Assembly: GCF_963921235.1 (NCBI RefSeq)
Contig: NC_086117.1
Coordinates: 24,862,001 to 24,926,000 of the forward strand
Source: Mobula hypostoma
Lineage: Eukaryota
Length of the DNA stretch: 64,000 nucleotides
Direction: 5' to 3'
The translations under genes were made by a program, and so were the position numbers. The notes beneath the pieces were generated by a model, which saw nothing but the letters and a program-made list of their open reading frames with translations, had not been told where the DNA came from and searched no databases. Below are positions 25,798 to 38,254 of the stretch, piece after piece. How positions within the stretch are numbered: position 1 is the stretch's first letter; every line of letters starts with the position of its first letter.

Positions 25798-26021
25798 GGA
25801 ATTGTGGGGTCCACTGAAACTTTGCACCTAACTGACACCAGTGCTTCAAATGCTGGCTTCTTCAGCCATCGAAATACTCCTGAAGTTTGCTCAATTTAAT
25901 AATGTAGGAAAGTTGAACTGCTAATTTGCACACAGGAAGATTTCAGAGGTGCCAACATGATCTATTTTAGTGATTTTGTTTTTTCCTTGGTGGGGTATTG
26001 GATAGATAGAGCTGCCCTTAG

Positions 26022-26315
<294 letters not shown>

Positions 26316-27089
26316 TGAGAATGATTTTTTTAAAAAATACTTTGGACGTCAGTGGTGCAGTCCTTGGGTGGAGGGAGGAGTGATAAGATCTTTGCAGTAA
26401 GCAATAATGGTCCGTATTAGTGCCTACTTCAGGGTATGGGGAGCTGAAATAAAGACTGAATACACTGTAAATACTTGAAGATCAGATGGCATCGATCTTA
26501 TTAATCTTTCATGGAATTGATGAAAAGACTCAAATGAAACAAGTTGCAGAGAAAGTGGGAAGGGCTAAGAAAGTGTAAGGAAAGGTCTTTTATACTGTGG
26601 AGTTTGAGTGATACTAGTGGTGGTAAGGCAGGTGTGAGGGAACAACTGGACAAGTTCTGCTCCTGTGTTCATGTTTTTTTATCCTCTTTCCCCTGATAAT
26701 TTTCCCAATAGTAAAACGTGTTGATTTGTGAATTTCTACATTAGTTATGTAACCTAAGAAGTAGAATTCTCTTTTAACTTTTGATGTTGCTGTCCTAATG
26801 TGGCAATCCATTGTAACTTTTTTCAGACTAGTGACCTGAGTATATAATTTATGCTGCACATTTCAGTACAGTGGCAAGGAAATGCTGTATTGCATGAGTT
26901 GCTGCCCTTCCAATGAACTGTTAAACCATCTGCTGCTCCACTGGATGTACATTGTACAGATTGGACGAGTAAATTCTTGCCATGTACTGACAAACATCTT
27001 AGATATATCTCTGGTTTGGCACTTTTACCTAAGTGGATTATAGCATAGCTAAGTAATTAATTGCATACAAACAGTTTGGGAAATTTAAT

Positions 27090-27412
27090 AAGCAACAGAG
27101 AATCCTAGAAGCACTCAGCACATTAGGCAGCATCCGTGAAGAAAGGAATCAACGTTTCAGAAACCCAAAAGAATCTGCAGATGCTGAAAATCCAGACCAA
27201 CACACACAAAATGCTGGAGGAACTCAGCAAGTTAGGCATCATCTATGGAAAAGGATAAACAGTCGACGTTTTGGGCCAAGAGCCTTCATCAGGACAGGAA
27301 AGGAAGCGGAGAAGTCGGAATAAGAAGGTGCGGGGAAGGGGAGGAAGAAGTACAAGGTGGCAGGTGATAGGTGAAACCAGGAGAGGGGGAGGGGGTGAAG
27401 TAAAGAGGTGGG
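27090..27412 (-). mobile_element. Two adjacent Penelope pLTR fragments in PTGES2 intron 2
   Basis: Reverse complement GTCCTGATGAAGGCTCTTGGCCCAAAACGTCGACTGT...GATGCCTAACTTGCTGAGTTCCTCCAGCATTTTG; matches the pLTR at 39931-40025. Confidence 0.8.
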
Positions 27413-27620
27413 TTAGCCGCAGTGCGTGCGCTCTCTCTCTCTCTCTCTGTGATTCTACCCACATACACACAAAGTTTGTGCAATGTTCAGTATAAATTTC
27501 ATATTTTTAAAAATTGAAATCTAGCAAGTGAGTGAAGGGTGCTCATTGAAGTTTGGTGGTTGCCAGTTGCATGTGCAGTAAGCAGCTCATAACCAATTTT
27601 TTCCCTTTTGTTTCCCCCAG

Positions 27621-27676
27621 CAAATCAACGATTCTTCAGTTATCATCAGTGCTATAAAGACATATTTAGTGTCCAG
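27621..27676 (+). CDS. PTGES2: PTGES2 exon 3
   Basis: cccag|CAA...AG|gtaaa, 56 nt; QINDSSVIISAIKTYLVS. Confidence 0.95.
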
Positions 27677-29757
27677 GTAAACCAGAAGTGGCTACTGGTG
27701 ATCATGTTATTTAGTATTTCCAAACTACTTGGCTTTGTGAAGTTTACACTCATGTTTGACTGTTTAGTGTTAGCAATTTGTTGTCAAAACATTTAAATTT
27801 CTGCCTCTCTGTCTATTAGTTTTGTTTTCTGTATTTTCATTTTTTGACTATAAACTTGATTTAATTTTCTTTCCCCTTTTCACTTGAACACCAACAAATC
27901 GGTGTTGGTTTCCTTGAAACCAGGACTTTCTCCTTTCATATACTAGTTGTTAAGTGTATACATGGCACTGGCATCAGTTACATATATATTTGTGGATGCA
28001 AGCACAGTTGTTAAGCTGACCATGCAATAGACACTCCTTCTCTAAGAGCTTTATGCCCTCAATTAGATTTGCAATGCCCTTTCTGTGTCTCAATTGAAGA
28101 CTGCAGCACACAATCACAAGACTCCGACATTTTAAAAGATTTTCATTCGCTGCTGCACACAAGTAGTCTTGGAGATAGGTTTCTGTTAAGTTTCTTTTCA
28201 AATCTCACTCCTGTTTTTGTTATTTTCCATGTTTCCCAATTTTTGCCCAAAATGTAAAGGTTCCCAAGATTTTTTTTTTACAAATAACAACAAAGGGGGA
28301 AAAAGGACTTGCTCTGCCCTTGGGTATTTTCTATTAAGACCCATTCCATACGTGTGAGCAAAAAGAAATCTGGGCTCGTGCTGCAGAGCAGCATTGAGGG
28401 AGCACTGTGCTATCAGAACTGCCACCTCGCAACTGACAGAATAAGGCCAGTTCTGCCATTTTACAGAGGTCCTTAGGCACTGTTTCGAAGAAGGAAAGGT
28501 TGTTTATCTGAATATCAATGCCAATGGCTATTTTTATTTTAAATGGGCATTATCATTTTACTGTTGTAGGGACAGTAATTAGCTGCCTTATTTCCCAAGT
28601 TACAACAACGGTCACACAATAGTTGCAAACCACAGAGGAAACCTCCTATCAGGTTTGTGTAAACTACAATATAAATATGCTTTTTTTTTGCTTCTGGTAC
28701 CAAATGGGATCCACAGTTTGAACAGTTATTTCAACTTTGCTCCCTGGGAAGTGCATGAGTTAAGATGATTTTTCCCTTTCCTCCTCTTTACCCTGCAAAG
28801 GGCAAATTGCTACTAGCCAGTTTCCTTCTGTTGGTATATGAGCAAATCTGGGCATAAACTCTGTTCAGATTGCTGCCCTGGAATATCTGCTTTAACCGCA
28901 GTCAACAGTTTATTTGGATTTCTTTTCCAGTAAATTTTACCATCAGCATAATTTTGCTGATGTTAAAATTATTTCCTCAGTTTTTTTTTGAAAAGGTAAT
29001 ATTTAAAAATGTATCATCTTTAACATTTTCTTTATTAATTTAGGAACAGTTAATACAAGTGAAAGTATTTAATGGCAAAAGTAAACACTTTTAATTGAAG
29101 TAATTCACCTAGAAAGTCATATGGAGACACTTAGTATTTATGCTTGTGTATAGTAATAATTTTCTTTGTAAATGTAAAAATAAATAGTGTTGCTAGTGTA
29201 TTGTTTTAATATTAAGTCTCCTCAAATGCCTGCAAACGTAGGTTAACAGATACTCGATGATAATTTATTTTTAACCAGTTTCTCTTATGGTGCTAACATG
29301 AACACTTGATGGAAAACCAAATTGTGTTTAAATTCTGCATCCTTTTGTGCTGGTGTCACTGATCTTCAGGCAAAAAGAAATTATAGCTCAATGGGAACTC
29401 TAGTCCATGGTTTCCACATACTTTTGTATTCTCAAATTTTCCGGTTACCTAACCTTGTCCAAGAGAGTGATCCCTTCTGCCAATATCAGTATGTGAGACA
29501 GACAATAATGACATGGAGATCCCTTTGAATTTTTGCCCTGTTACCCACAGTTATTTGGCTGCCCTGAATGATCTCTGAATGCCAGCCCAGCCGTCAGTGG
29601 TACAGTTACGCACACGGCTAATTGCAAGTGCAAACATTGTATTTGAACATGTGGTTGGCAAAGACTGGAACTCTTGATGTGGATTTGGAATGCAAGTTAA
29701 AACATGCCATTTTTTACTCTGTCTTTTTCTCTCTTCCTCTCTCATTCGAATACTTAG

Positions 29758-29910
29758 GGACAAAAACTTAAATAAGGTGGTATCATACTACCCAGAGATG
29801 AAATCAAAAGATGTAAAGGGAAAGGAAATCACTGAATATAACAACAAGTACTGGGTGATGCTGGAGGATCAGGATGAAAAGCAATACTATCCCAATAAGG
29901 AGGCAAGGAA
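29758..29910 (+). CDS. PTGES2: PTGES2 exon 4
   Basis: cttag|G...AA|gtacg, 153 nt, phase 2/2; YYPEMK...GKEITEYNNKYWVML. Confidence 0.93.
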
Positions 29911-31098
29911 GTACGTATACAGGAATATCAATGACACCCATCATTTTATTACTATATATTATAAGTACTGCTCGTTCCAACTAGGACAGACTTCTGTATC
30001 ATTCAGTGCATGCCCTCTTGGCCAAACCTGTTGGTTTTGCAATAATTATTTTTTAATTCAGTTCCTGTCTTTTTAAATGTTACATTCAGCTGAATTTTCC
30101 TCCATTCCTCCCTCAACCTCCCCCCGGCAACTTCTTTCCCTATTTGAATAAATGGCTGAAGATCTTATCCTGCTGTTTGAAGTGTTTAGCAATTTTTTTT
30201 GTCCACTAACTAATGTCCCCAGCCCTTGGTCACTAATGTTTGCTGAATCATAAAGGCTGCCATGTTTTTTTTTGTGTCAGTGAAACGTTATATTCAACAT
30301 ATGTAGTAACAATGATACAGCAGCGTGGTTTGTTGTCGACCCTTTATTATCATCTGTGATTATTTGCCTGAGAATGTATCACAGATCTCATGCTACTATT
30401 GCAAAGTTGTGAAACTTGTCAGCCTCTTGGCCCTTGCATTTCTTATTTGCCGATTTATCCAATTGCAGTTCCCATCAGAGTGATTTTTTAAAAAATCTCT
30501 GGTGTTGGTAGAGGTTGGAAGGTAGTGGGAAAGTTGCTGGTTACTCACCGTCATTAAGGTCAATATAACTATTATTGCTTAGTTTCCACCATCAACATGT
30601 TATAAACTACTCAGTCCTAAATCGGATCGCTTGTATTTAGAAGCCTGTATTGTATCTGTTCAAAGATGTATTTTCAGGGTCTCGGTGTCCCTGGTCAAAT
30701 TTGCATTTGCCCAATACCTTGAGAAAGCAATGATAGATCATTTTCTTGAATTGCTGGATTTTGTGTGCAAGACGTCCCCATTGTATGAGGAGTCCCCACC
30801 ATTTGGCCCAGTTTCAGTGATGGAACTGTCTATACACATCTGAGCTGGTCTAGGGGTGTGGTTTGCTGGTGATGTTGTTACTGTGCCCATGAACGGAAAG
30901 AGAAGAACAGGAATTTGATTTTAACTGTTTTTGCAGGGGATTTATTATGAAATACACACATTGTATACACATGCCTTCCCCTTATAATTCTCAATTATTG
31001 GAGGAGAGATGGGCCAATATGAACTTCTTCCTATCTTTTTCCCCCAGTCCACGCATGCTCCTGCACATTCTCTAGGCTGCGACCCATGATAATGGTAA

Positions 31099-31389
<291 letters not shown>

Positions 31390-31534
31390 TAGAGTACTTA
31401 ATTAAGTCCAGGTACCTGGACACCACTTGAAACAGATATATCACATTCTTTGACTGTTAGACTAAAGTGAAGCGTTTTGACCTGTGCCTCAGCTTACAAG
31501 AATGCACTGAACCTGTGCCCTTGCTGGTTTTCAG

Positions 31535-31652
31535 ACACAATCTTCACGATGATGTGCGGCAGGACCTGTACAAAGCAGTCAATGAATGGATTGCTGCTGT
31601 GGGCAACCACAGGCCATTTATGGGTGGAAATGTGCCCAACCTTGCTGACTTG
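31535..31652 (+). CDS. PTGES2: PTGES2 exon 6
   Basis: ttcag|A...TTG|gtaaga, 118 nt; HNLHDDVRQDLYKAVNEWIAAVG..RPFMGGNVPNLADL. Confidence 0.96.
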
Positions 31653-31774
31653 GTAAGAGCAAGTTCACTTTGGATTATATTTGGGTGTCCTGATTCCACA
31701 GCTAACTTTAAATAATGTTTGAACAGGTTGTGCCTCTGGAAAAGAGAAGTGGCCTCACTTGGTAGTATTTTGAG

Positions 31775-32292
31775 CAAGTTTGGGCCCCTTATCTTATCCG
31801 GAGAGGGTTCAAAGGAGGTTCATGAAAATGATTAAGTGGCTTGTCATATGAAGAGCGTTTGATGGCTCTTTGCCTGTGTTCTCTGGAATTCAGAAGGATG
31901 AACGGTGACCTAATTGAAACCTGTTGAATGTTGAAAGGCCTTGATAGAGTGGATATGGAGAGGATGTTTCCTATGGTGGGAGGGTCTAGGATCAGAGGAC
32001 ATGGCCTCAGAATAAAGGGGTGTCCTTTTAGTACAGAGATGAGGAGGAATTTCTTTAGCCAGAGAGTGCTGAATCTGTGGAATTCGTTGCCACAGGCAGC
32101 TGTGAAGTCCAAGTCTTTACATATATTTAAGGCAGAGGTTGATAGATTCTTGATTTTTCAAGGCATGAAGGGATACAGGGAGAAGACAGGAGGTTGGGGC
32201 TGAAAGGAAAATTGGATCAGCCATGATGAAATGGCAAAGCAGACTCAATGGGCCAAATGGCCTAATTCTGCTCTTGTATCTTAAGGTCTTTG
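31775..32292 (+). mobile_element. CR1 LINE 3' fragment in PTGES2 intron 6
   Basis: RGHGLRI...RRNFFSQRVLNLWNSLPQ CR1 C-terminus plus CR1 3' stem-loop tail. Confidence 0.9.
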
Positions 32293-32295
32293 TAG

Positions 32296-32535
<240 letters not shown>

Positions 32536-33212
32536 ATGTTATGATGGTTTTGAATGGACCACAGGATAAATCTGGAGAAAAGAATGAGTTTTGTTTAAAA
32601 GCTGAATCACAAAACACTCATCCTTTGTTAAAAGTAAGTGTGAATTAGAGCAATGCTATATCTGTATCTTAACTCTGGTCTGAAGCAAATATCGGGGCAA
32701 GCCTGAACCTAAAATAAAACTGGCAAATGTAGTCATGCGCTGTTTTGCTCCAAACTCTGTTCAGGTATTACTGTGCTTATTCTGCTTACAGATGATTGTA
32801 GGGGAAAACTGTTGTGTTCTCATTTCGAGTGAAAGAGCATCTATAAAGATGTTCATTTAAAAAAGAATGGGCCAATGAGAACAATAAAATATAGCTTTAA
32901 AAATCATGGCATTTATAAATTAAGCAGTCTGATGATTGTGAGCATTGAAATGAAAAACAAAAATAAAATGGACTACTGAATTGCACTGATAGTACACAGC
33001 AAATCCAATGTGCGATAGAGAATATAGACTAATAAACGTTTCTGTTGTGATACTTGAGAACTGGTAAAAGTAATCACTTTTTAAAAATAAGTACAAGGAA
33101 CAGAAGAGAAATCAGAACCAAAAAACAGATATTAAATTATTGATAAGACTATTATATACATATATGTTGCTCTTTCCTTGGTCTTTTATTTGAGTGCTAT
33201 TTATTTTCTTTC

Positions 33213-33497
33213 TGTGTAGCGGTTAGCGTGATACTATTCAGGTCAGGGTTTTCTGGAGTTCGGAGATCAATTCTGGCACTGTCTGTAATGAGTTTGTACC
33301 TTCTGCCCGTGACGACATGGGTTTCATCTGGCTGCCCCGGTTTCCTCCCACAGTCTAAAGATGTACCAGTTAGTAGGTTGATTGGTCATTGTAAATTGTT
33401 TTGTGATTAGGCTAGTGTTAAATAGGTTGGTAGGGGTTGCTGGGTTGCTGCTCATTGGGCTGGAAGGGCCTATTCCACACTGTATCAGTAAATAACA
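33213..33497 (+). mobile_element. V-domain tRNA SINE
   Basis: GGGTTTCATCTGGCTGCCCCGGTTTCCTCCCACAGTCTAAAGA plus tail GGAAGGGCCTATTCC; ends approximate. Confidence 0.72.
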
Positions 33498-35421
33498 ATT
33501 CACTACCTGAGTGTAGAAGAGTATTCCTCAAGGTCCTATCCAGTACTTACTCCTGCAATAATATAACCAGATTATCTGATCACCATCTTGTGGAATTGTT
33601 CATTTTGCAATTGGCTGCCATGTTTTTTAACATTACGACAATTGCTGACCTCAAACTGTTTTCTTGGCTCTAAAACAATTTGGTATGACCCAAGATTATA
33701 AAAGGTGCTGTATAAATGTAAATTCTCTCTCTCTCTCCTTTTTACATAGCAACAATTTCCTTTAATGCTACAGAACATACAATTACCCTAATGCATGATC
33801 TCCCATTTAGATGTACCTTGATTTATGGTTTCCATCCTTTTAGTTAATTGGAAAAAAAGCTTAATGCTGATCCTTTGTAGATTGACTGCAGCTTAGCAGT
33901 CCTGGAATCACAGTAATCTGTATATTTCCTTGGAAGTGTAATTTGTCCATTACATAGTTTGTCATATCTAACCTCTCCTGTGTTTTTCTCCCCCCCCCGT
34001 TCCTATTTCTCCTGATGTTTAACCACTTTCAGTTGTATTTTGTTGGTTCAGCAAAACTCAGGTTTCTCTAAAGGCAGTTTATTTTATGAGATCATATCAA
34101 AATCTTATTATATACTTGATGTATCTTTTGATGGTTTTGATTTTCCTAGACTGGTTGAGATGGAGTCTCTTCAAACATAATTGGGAACTTGAGATTAAGG
34201 GGAATTGTTTGCTGCATTTGTAGATGGATGACACAGTATTTAATAAAAGAATGCTTTTTACTAATGATTGTAATGATTTTAAATGTAATTGTAATATTGT
34301 TGGATTGCAGAAGGCAATAATTCAGAGTTATGGATTCAACATTATAAGTGGGAACAGGGGTATGGGATAGTATGGGAACAGTGTATCTCCAGTATGGGAA
34401 TTGTATATTACTAGTATGGGCTACAGTATTCCAGGATTTAGACCAAGCAACAATGAAGGAACAGCAATATATTTCCAGATCAGGATGATCATGGATTTGT
34501 TCTGCTTTTTATGAACTGTACATTTTTGGGGCACTTTCATATCAACATTAGTGTTCATCCCTCAATAAACCAAATGAGATTTATAATCCTTTTTTATAGT
34601 GCCTAACTAATACACCATTTCTAACTTCCCTTTTGTGCAGACTTTGCCTTTGTTCTTGTGGTTAAATTACTCTCACAATACTGTAGAGTAGGAGTTTGAC
34701 AGACTTTGACTTTGAGGCAGTTGTGACCCGTACAAGCTGAGAGGTGGCTGGCCTCATGACACACCCTCCAGCCTCAGTCTTTGTGATTTAACCTGGGTTT
34801 TTATTTCATTGTTGTGTGTGGTATGGCTGCCCCATCAAATATAGATGGCAACTACAATTGAAAAATAAATGACCTGTGAAATGCTTTGAGATATCTTGGA
34901 AGTGAAGAGATTTAACTGTAATAGCATAGTAAAATATCCCAAGGAGTGTCACAGAATGAAAACTGACAGCAATAAAATTAAACAATTATTATGGAACTTA
35001 ACCAATGAGGTAGATTTTCAAAAGGGAAAAAAAAAGCAAAAACAAAACTACAGATGTTGAAAATGTGAAATAAAAACTGAAAAGGTCTTTTTCATGAGCA
35101 TCCATTGAGAGGCAATTGAACTGAAACATTAAGCCTCTTTCTCTCTCCATAAATATTTCCTGCCCTGTTGAATAGATCCAGCACTTTCATGGTTTATAGA
35201 ATATCTTGAAGGTTGAAAGCAAAGTGAAATGGTGTTGGTTCGGGCAGTGATTACAATAAGGAATAAGCAAAAGGAGAGGAATAAACCAGCTCGTATAGTT
35301 AATTAGAGGTGTTATGGAATCAAAGTGAGGTAGTGGAGGCAAATGAAAGGTATGAATTTTAAATTTGAGAGGTGTTACCTTTAGTTTCATATGAGTAAAA
35401 TAATTTCAAGTTGTATAATCA

Positions 35422-35552
35422 ATAGTCCTGACGAAGGGTTCCGGCCCGAAACGTCGACCGATCTTTTCCGCTGATGCTGCCCAACCTGCTGAGTTCCTCC
35501 AGTGTGTTGTGAGCGTTGCTTTGACCCCAGCATCTGCAGATTATTTTGTGTA
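35422..35552 (+). mobile_element. Mini Penelope pLTR insertion with intact hammerhead core
   Basis: AGTC-CTGACGA-AGGGTTCCGGCCC-GAAA-CGTC-GAC; 8-bp TSD TATAATCA (35414-35421, 35553-35560). Confidence 0.82.
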
Positions 35553-36113
35553 TATAATCAGGAATTACTGGAAAGTTCAAGCAGTTCAGTTCTGTGCAAT
35601 GAGTATTTGGGTTAAATAAGTATTAATCAGAGCTGGGAAAAAAAATAAAGATTAAACAAGAACAAGGAAGTGGACAGGAAAGGACAATGCAAAGAGTCTC
35701 TGATGGGATGGAAGTTAGGGGATGAAAGTTGAGGATAAAGGCAGAGGGAGAAGCTGCACCAATAAAGCAACAAAATTTGTGACCAAATGAGGTGCAAGTG
35801 ATCACTGAAACCATGGCTGCACCACATTAATTAGAGTTGCTAATGATGCTGAATGCTGATGCCTATTTGTGATCTGTTTTAGAAATGGGGGGGGGGGTGA
35901 AATTATTGTTATGATCTCAGCTGCTGACAGATGGTAAAGTGCCAAGCTAAAAACGGTGGTTTTCTCTGAACTTGTGCAAGTTTTATTATAAGTGCGAGTG
36001 TAGTCTAGTATAAAAACATGCTGTAAAAACTTCTGCTGTGCAGATATATAAAGTGACAATATTTTAGCTAGTGGCAGATCAGGTTACTAACAGACTGAGA
36101 CTGGAGAAATTAC

Positions 36114-36388
36114 AAAAAAAAACGCAAACAACAGGAATTCTGCAGATGCTGGAAATTCAAGCAACATACATCAAAGTTGCTGGTGAACGCAGCAGGCCAG
36201 GCAGCATCTATAGGAAGAGGCGCAGTCGACGTTTCAGGCCGAGACCCTTCGTCAGGACTAACTGAAGGAAGAGTTCTCTTCCTTCAGTTAGTCCTGACGA
36301 AGGGTCTCGGCCTGAAACGTCGACTGCGCCTCTTCCTATAGATGCTGCCTGGCCTGCTGCGTTCACCAGCAACTTTGATGTATGTTGC
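36114..36388. mobile_element. Inverted-repeat Penelope pLTR insertion (perfect palindrome)
   Basis: Arms 36161-36273 and 36276-36388 are exact reverse complements with a TT spacer; 13-bp TSD CTGGAGAAATTAC (36101-36113, 36389-36401). Confidence 0.92.
36289..36326 (+). ncRNA. Putative minimal type I hammerhead ribozyme (mirror copy on minus strand at 36223-36260)
   Basis: Helix I AGTC/GACT; core CTGACGA 36294-36300; helix II in AGGGTCTCGGCCT; GAAA 36314-36317; GTC triplet 36319-36321; helix III reduced to the palindrome ACGT; activity untested. Confidence 0.65.
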
Positions 36389-36651
36389 CTGGAGAAATTA
36401 CCTTGGGGAATGAGGAAATGGCAGAGAACTAAATAAATATTTTGAGTGAGTGGGTCTTCATAAGATATTGCCACCATTTATTTTATTTTAAATTTCTATA
36501 TCTGTAGTGTTTTTTTTTCTTTTTTTTTGTGCTGGGAATGACCACTTAGAATTTCTCACATTCTGACACCTTTAAAGCTAAAGCACTTTCACGGTAACTG
36601 CAGCCTCATTTTCCAGTTTTGACAAAGGGCCTTAAAACTGAAAAGTTAACT

Positions 36652-36825
36652 TTGTTCACAAACAAGAGAAAATCTGCAGATGCTGAAAATCCAAGCAACA
36701 CACGCAAAATGCTGGGGGAACTCAGCAAGCCAGGCAGCATTTATGGGGAAAAAAAGTACTGTCGACATTTCGGCCGAGACCCTTCAGCAGGACCCGAGTT
36801 CCTCCAGCATTTTGTGTGTGTTGCT
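36652..36825 (-). mobile_element. Mini Penelope pLTR insertion with partial inverted repeat
   Basis: AGCAACACACGCAAAATGCTGGGGGAACTC versus GAGTTCCTCCAGCATTTTGTGTGTGTTGCT; mutated hammerhead core; 9-bp TSD AAGTTAACT (36643-36651, 36826-36834). Confidence 0.82.
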
Positions 36826-37339
36826 AAGTTAACTCTGCTTCTCTTTCCACACAGCCTGACTTGCTGAGTATTTTAATTTATGTGCCAGGCCTGAGATTGG
36901 GCAATCCTGTGATGACAATATCTTTGGCATCAGTATTTCCCATAAATTACCCGATATTCTCCTCCCCAGAAAAGAATGTTAACCACAATCGATCTCCAGC
37001 GGGTTATTATGGCCCGGAGAGAATATTGACCTGGAAAAATAACCGCTTGACGAAATTTGGATTGAGAAGAACAGACATAAAGACAATTAGAGACAACCAG
37101 TAACAAACATAACTGGTCAAACAACCCATCCAGATCCAGACTGTCCCGCATCAATCAGTGTTGCTAATGACGCTGAACGACAATGCCTATTGTAATCTGT
37201 GACTGATTACTCTGTCGTTTCTAATCATATACATGTTAATTATATTACATTCTTTACATTAAAACATATTTAGTAAATATACTTATCCTGCCCTATATGC
37301 CTGGAAATGTAAAGACCAACAAGTTAATAAACGGCTATT

Positions 37340-37585
37340 AGTAGTTGGGTGGGTTGCCATGGTGATCCAACTGGAAGCGTAACCCGGAAGGTTTTCTCGG
37401 CAGGGTCAAGGGGAGAGCGAATCGGAGCGCAGCCGAGACCGTTGGAGCGATTTGAATGCATCAATTAGAAGAGAGCGGAGCGCATCCGGAAGTGACGTAG
37501 AGGAGTGTGGCTGTCGGAAGTTGGGAAGCAGCCGAGAGCTCAGATCAATCGCTTCATTTGGCGGTATCGACGGGGAATTCGTATG
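37340..37585 (+). promoter_or_regulatory. ODF2: ODF2 CpG-rich promoter and probable first exon
   Basis: X-box-like GTTGCCATGGTGAT 37353-37366; ETS CCGGAAG 37384-37390; ETS-CRE-like CCGGAAGTGACGT 37486-37498; donor ATG|GTAAGG at 37585/37586; CpG richness extends to about 38100. Confidence 0.7.
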
Positions 37586-38254
37586 GTAAGGTGTCGTCCA
37601 CTCAACAAAACCGTGGCATCAATAACAAAAGGAAGGATCGTGTCTGTCTAATTAATTTACGTTTCAGCATTGCTCCCCAGTCCATGTTGCAAACAAAGCG
37701 CGGCAGTGATTTCTGTGATACGACAAAGACTCCAGTCATTTCATGGCAACAGCAAGATCCCACTTGTCGGTCGGTGGGTTATTTAGTGGATACAGTAACA
37801 GGGTCGGTGGTAGCGCAGTTGTGAGAGGTTTACATCTTCAAGGTGGTTGTGGACGAGGGCGGGGTGTACCTTACATTCATCCGAGGCCATCCCCTCTCGG
37901 CCTTAATCATTCCGAACGCTTCCTTGGATGAACCGCCAGCAATCACTGCCCTAAATCTTCAGAGTCCAGGTTCACTCGTTTTCGGCCCAGTGTCCATCCG
38001 CTGGGATTACGGACGGGGATGACGGTATTCCTTGATTCCTAAATTTGATTTCGACGCACCCCGATGTGGGTAATCGGAACAAACATTAGTCCAAATAACG
38101 ATACTGACGTTCAATTCAATTTCAAAGTTAGATAATGTAGCAACCAGCCAGGTTTTCGTTTGGTGCACATATACTGGAAATCTTGCGGCAGGCTTAGGGT
38201 GTGACCCAGTGCAAAGTGTTACCAACTGTAAAAGTGTCACGGGCATTCATTTTT

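Noticed and set aside
34345-34432. Spaced AGTATGGG repeats resembling a CRISPR-like array
   Set aside because: Short, degenerate minisatellite in vertebrate DNA; no constant repeat/spacer structure and no cas genes
36161-36388. Palindrome as a miRNA gene or MITE
   Set aside because: Arms match the Penelope pLTR at 39931-40025; the asymmetric tail and 13-bp TSD fit retrotransposition, not a TIR transposon; a perfect stem with a 2-nt loop is atypical for pre-miRNA
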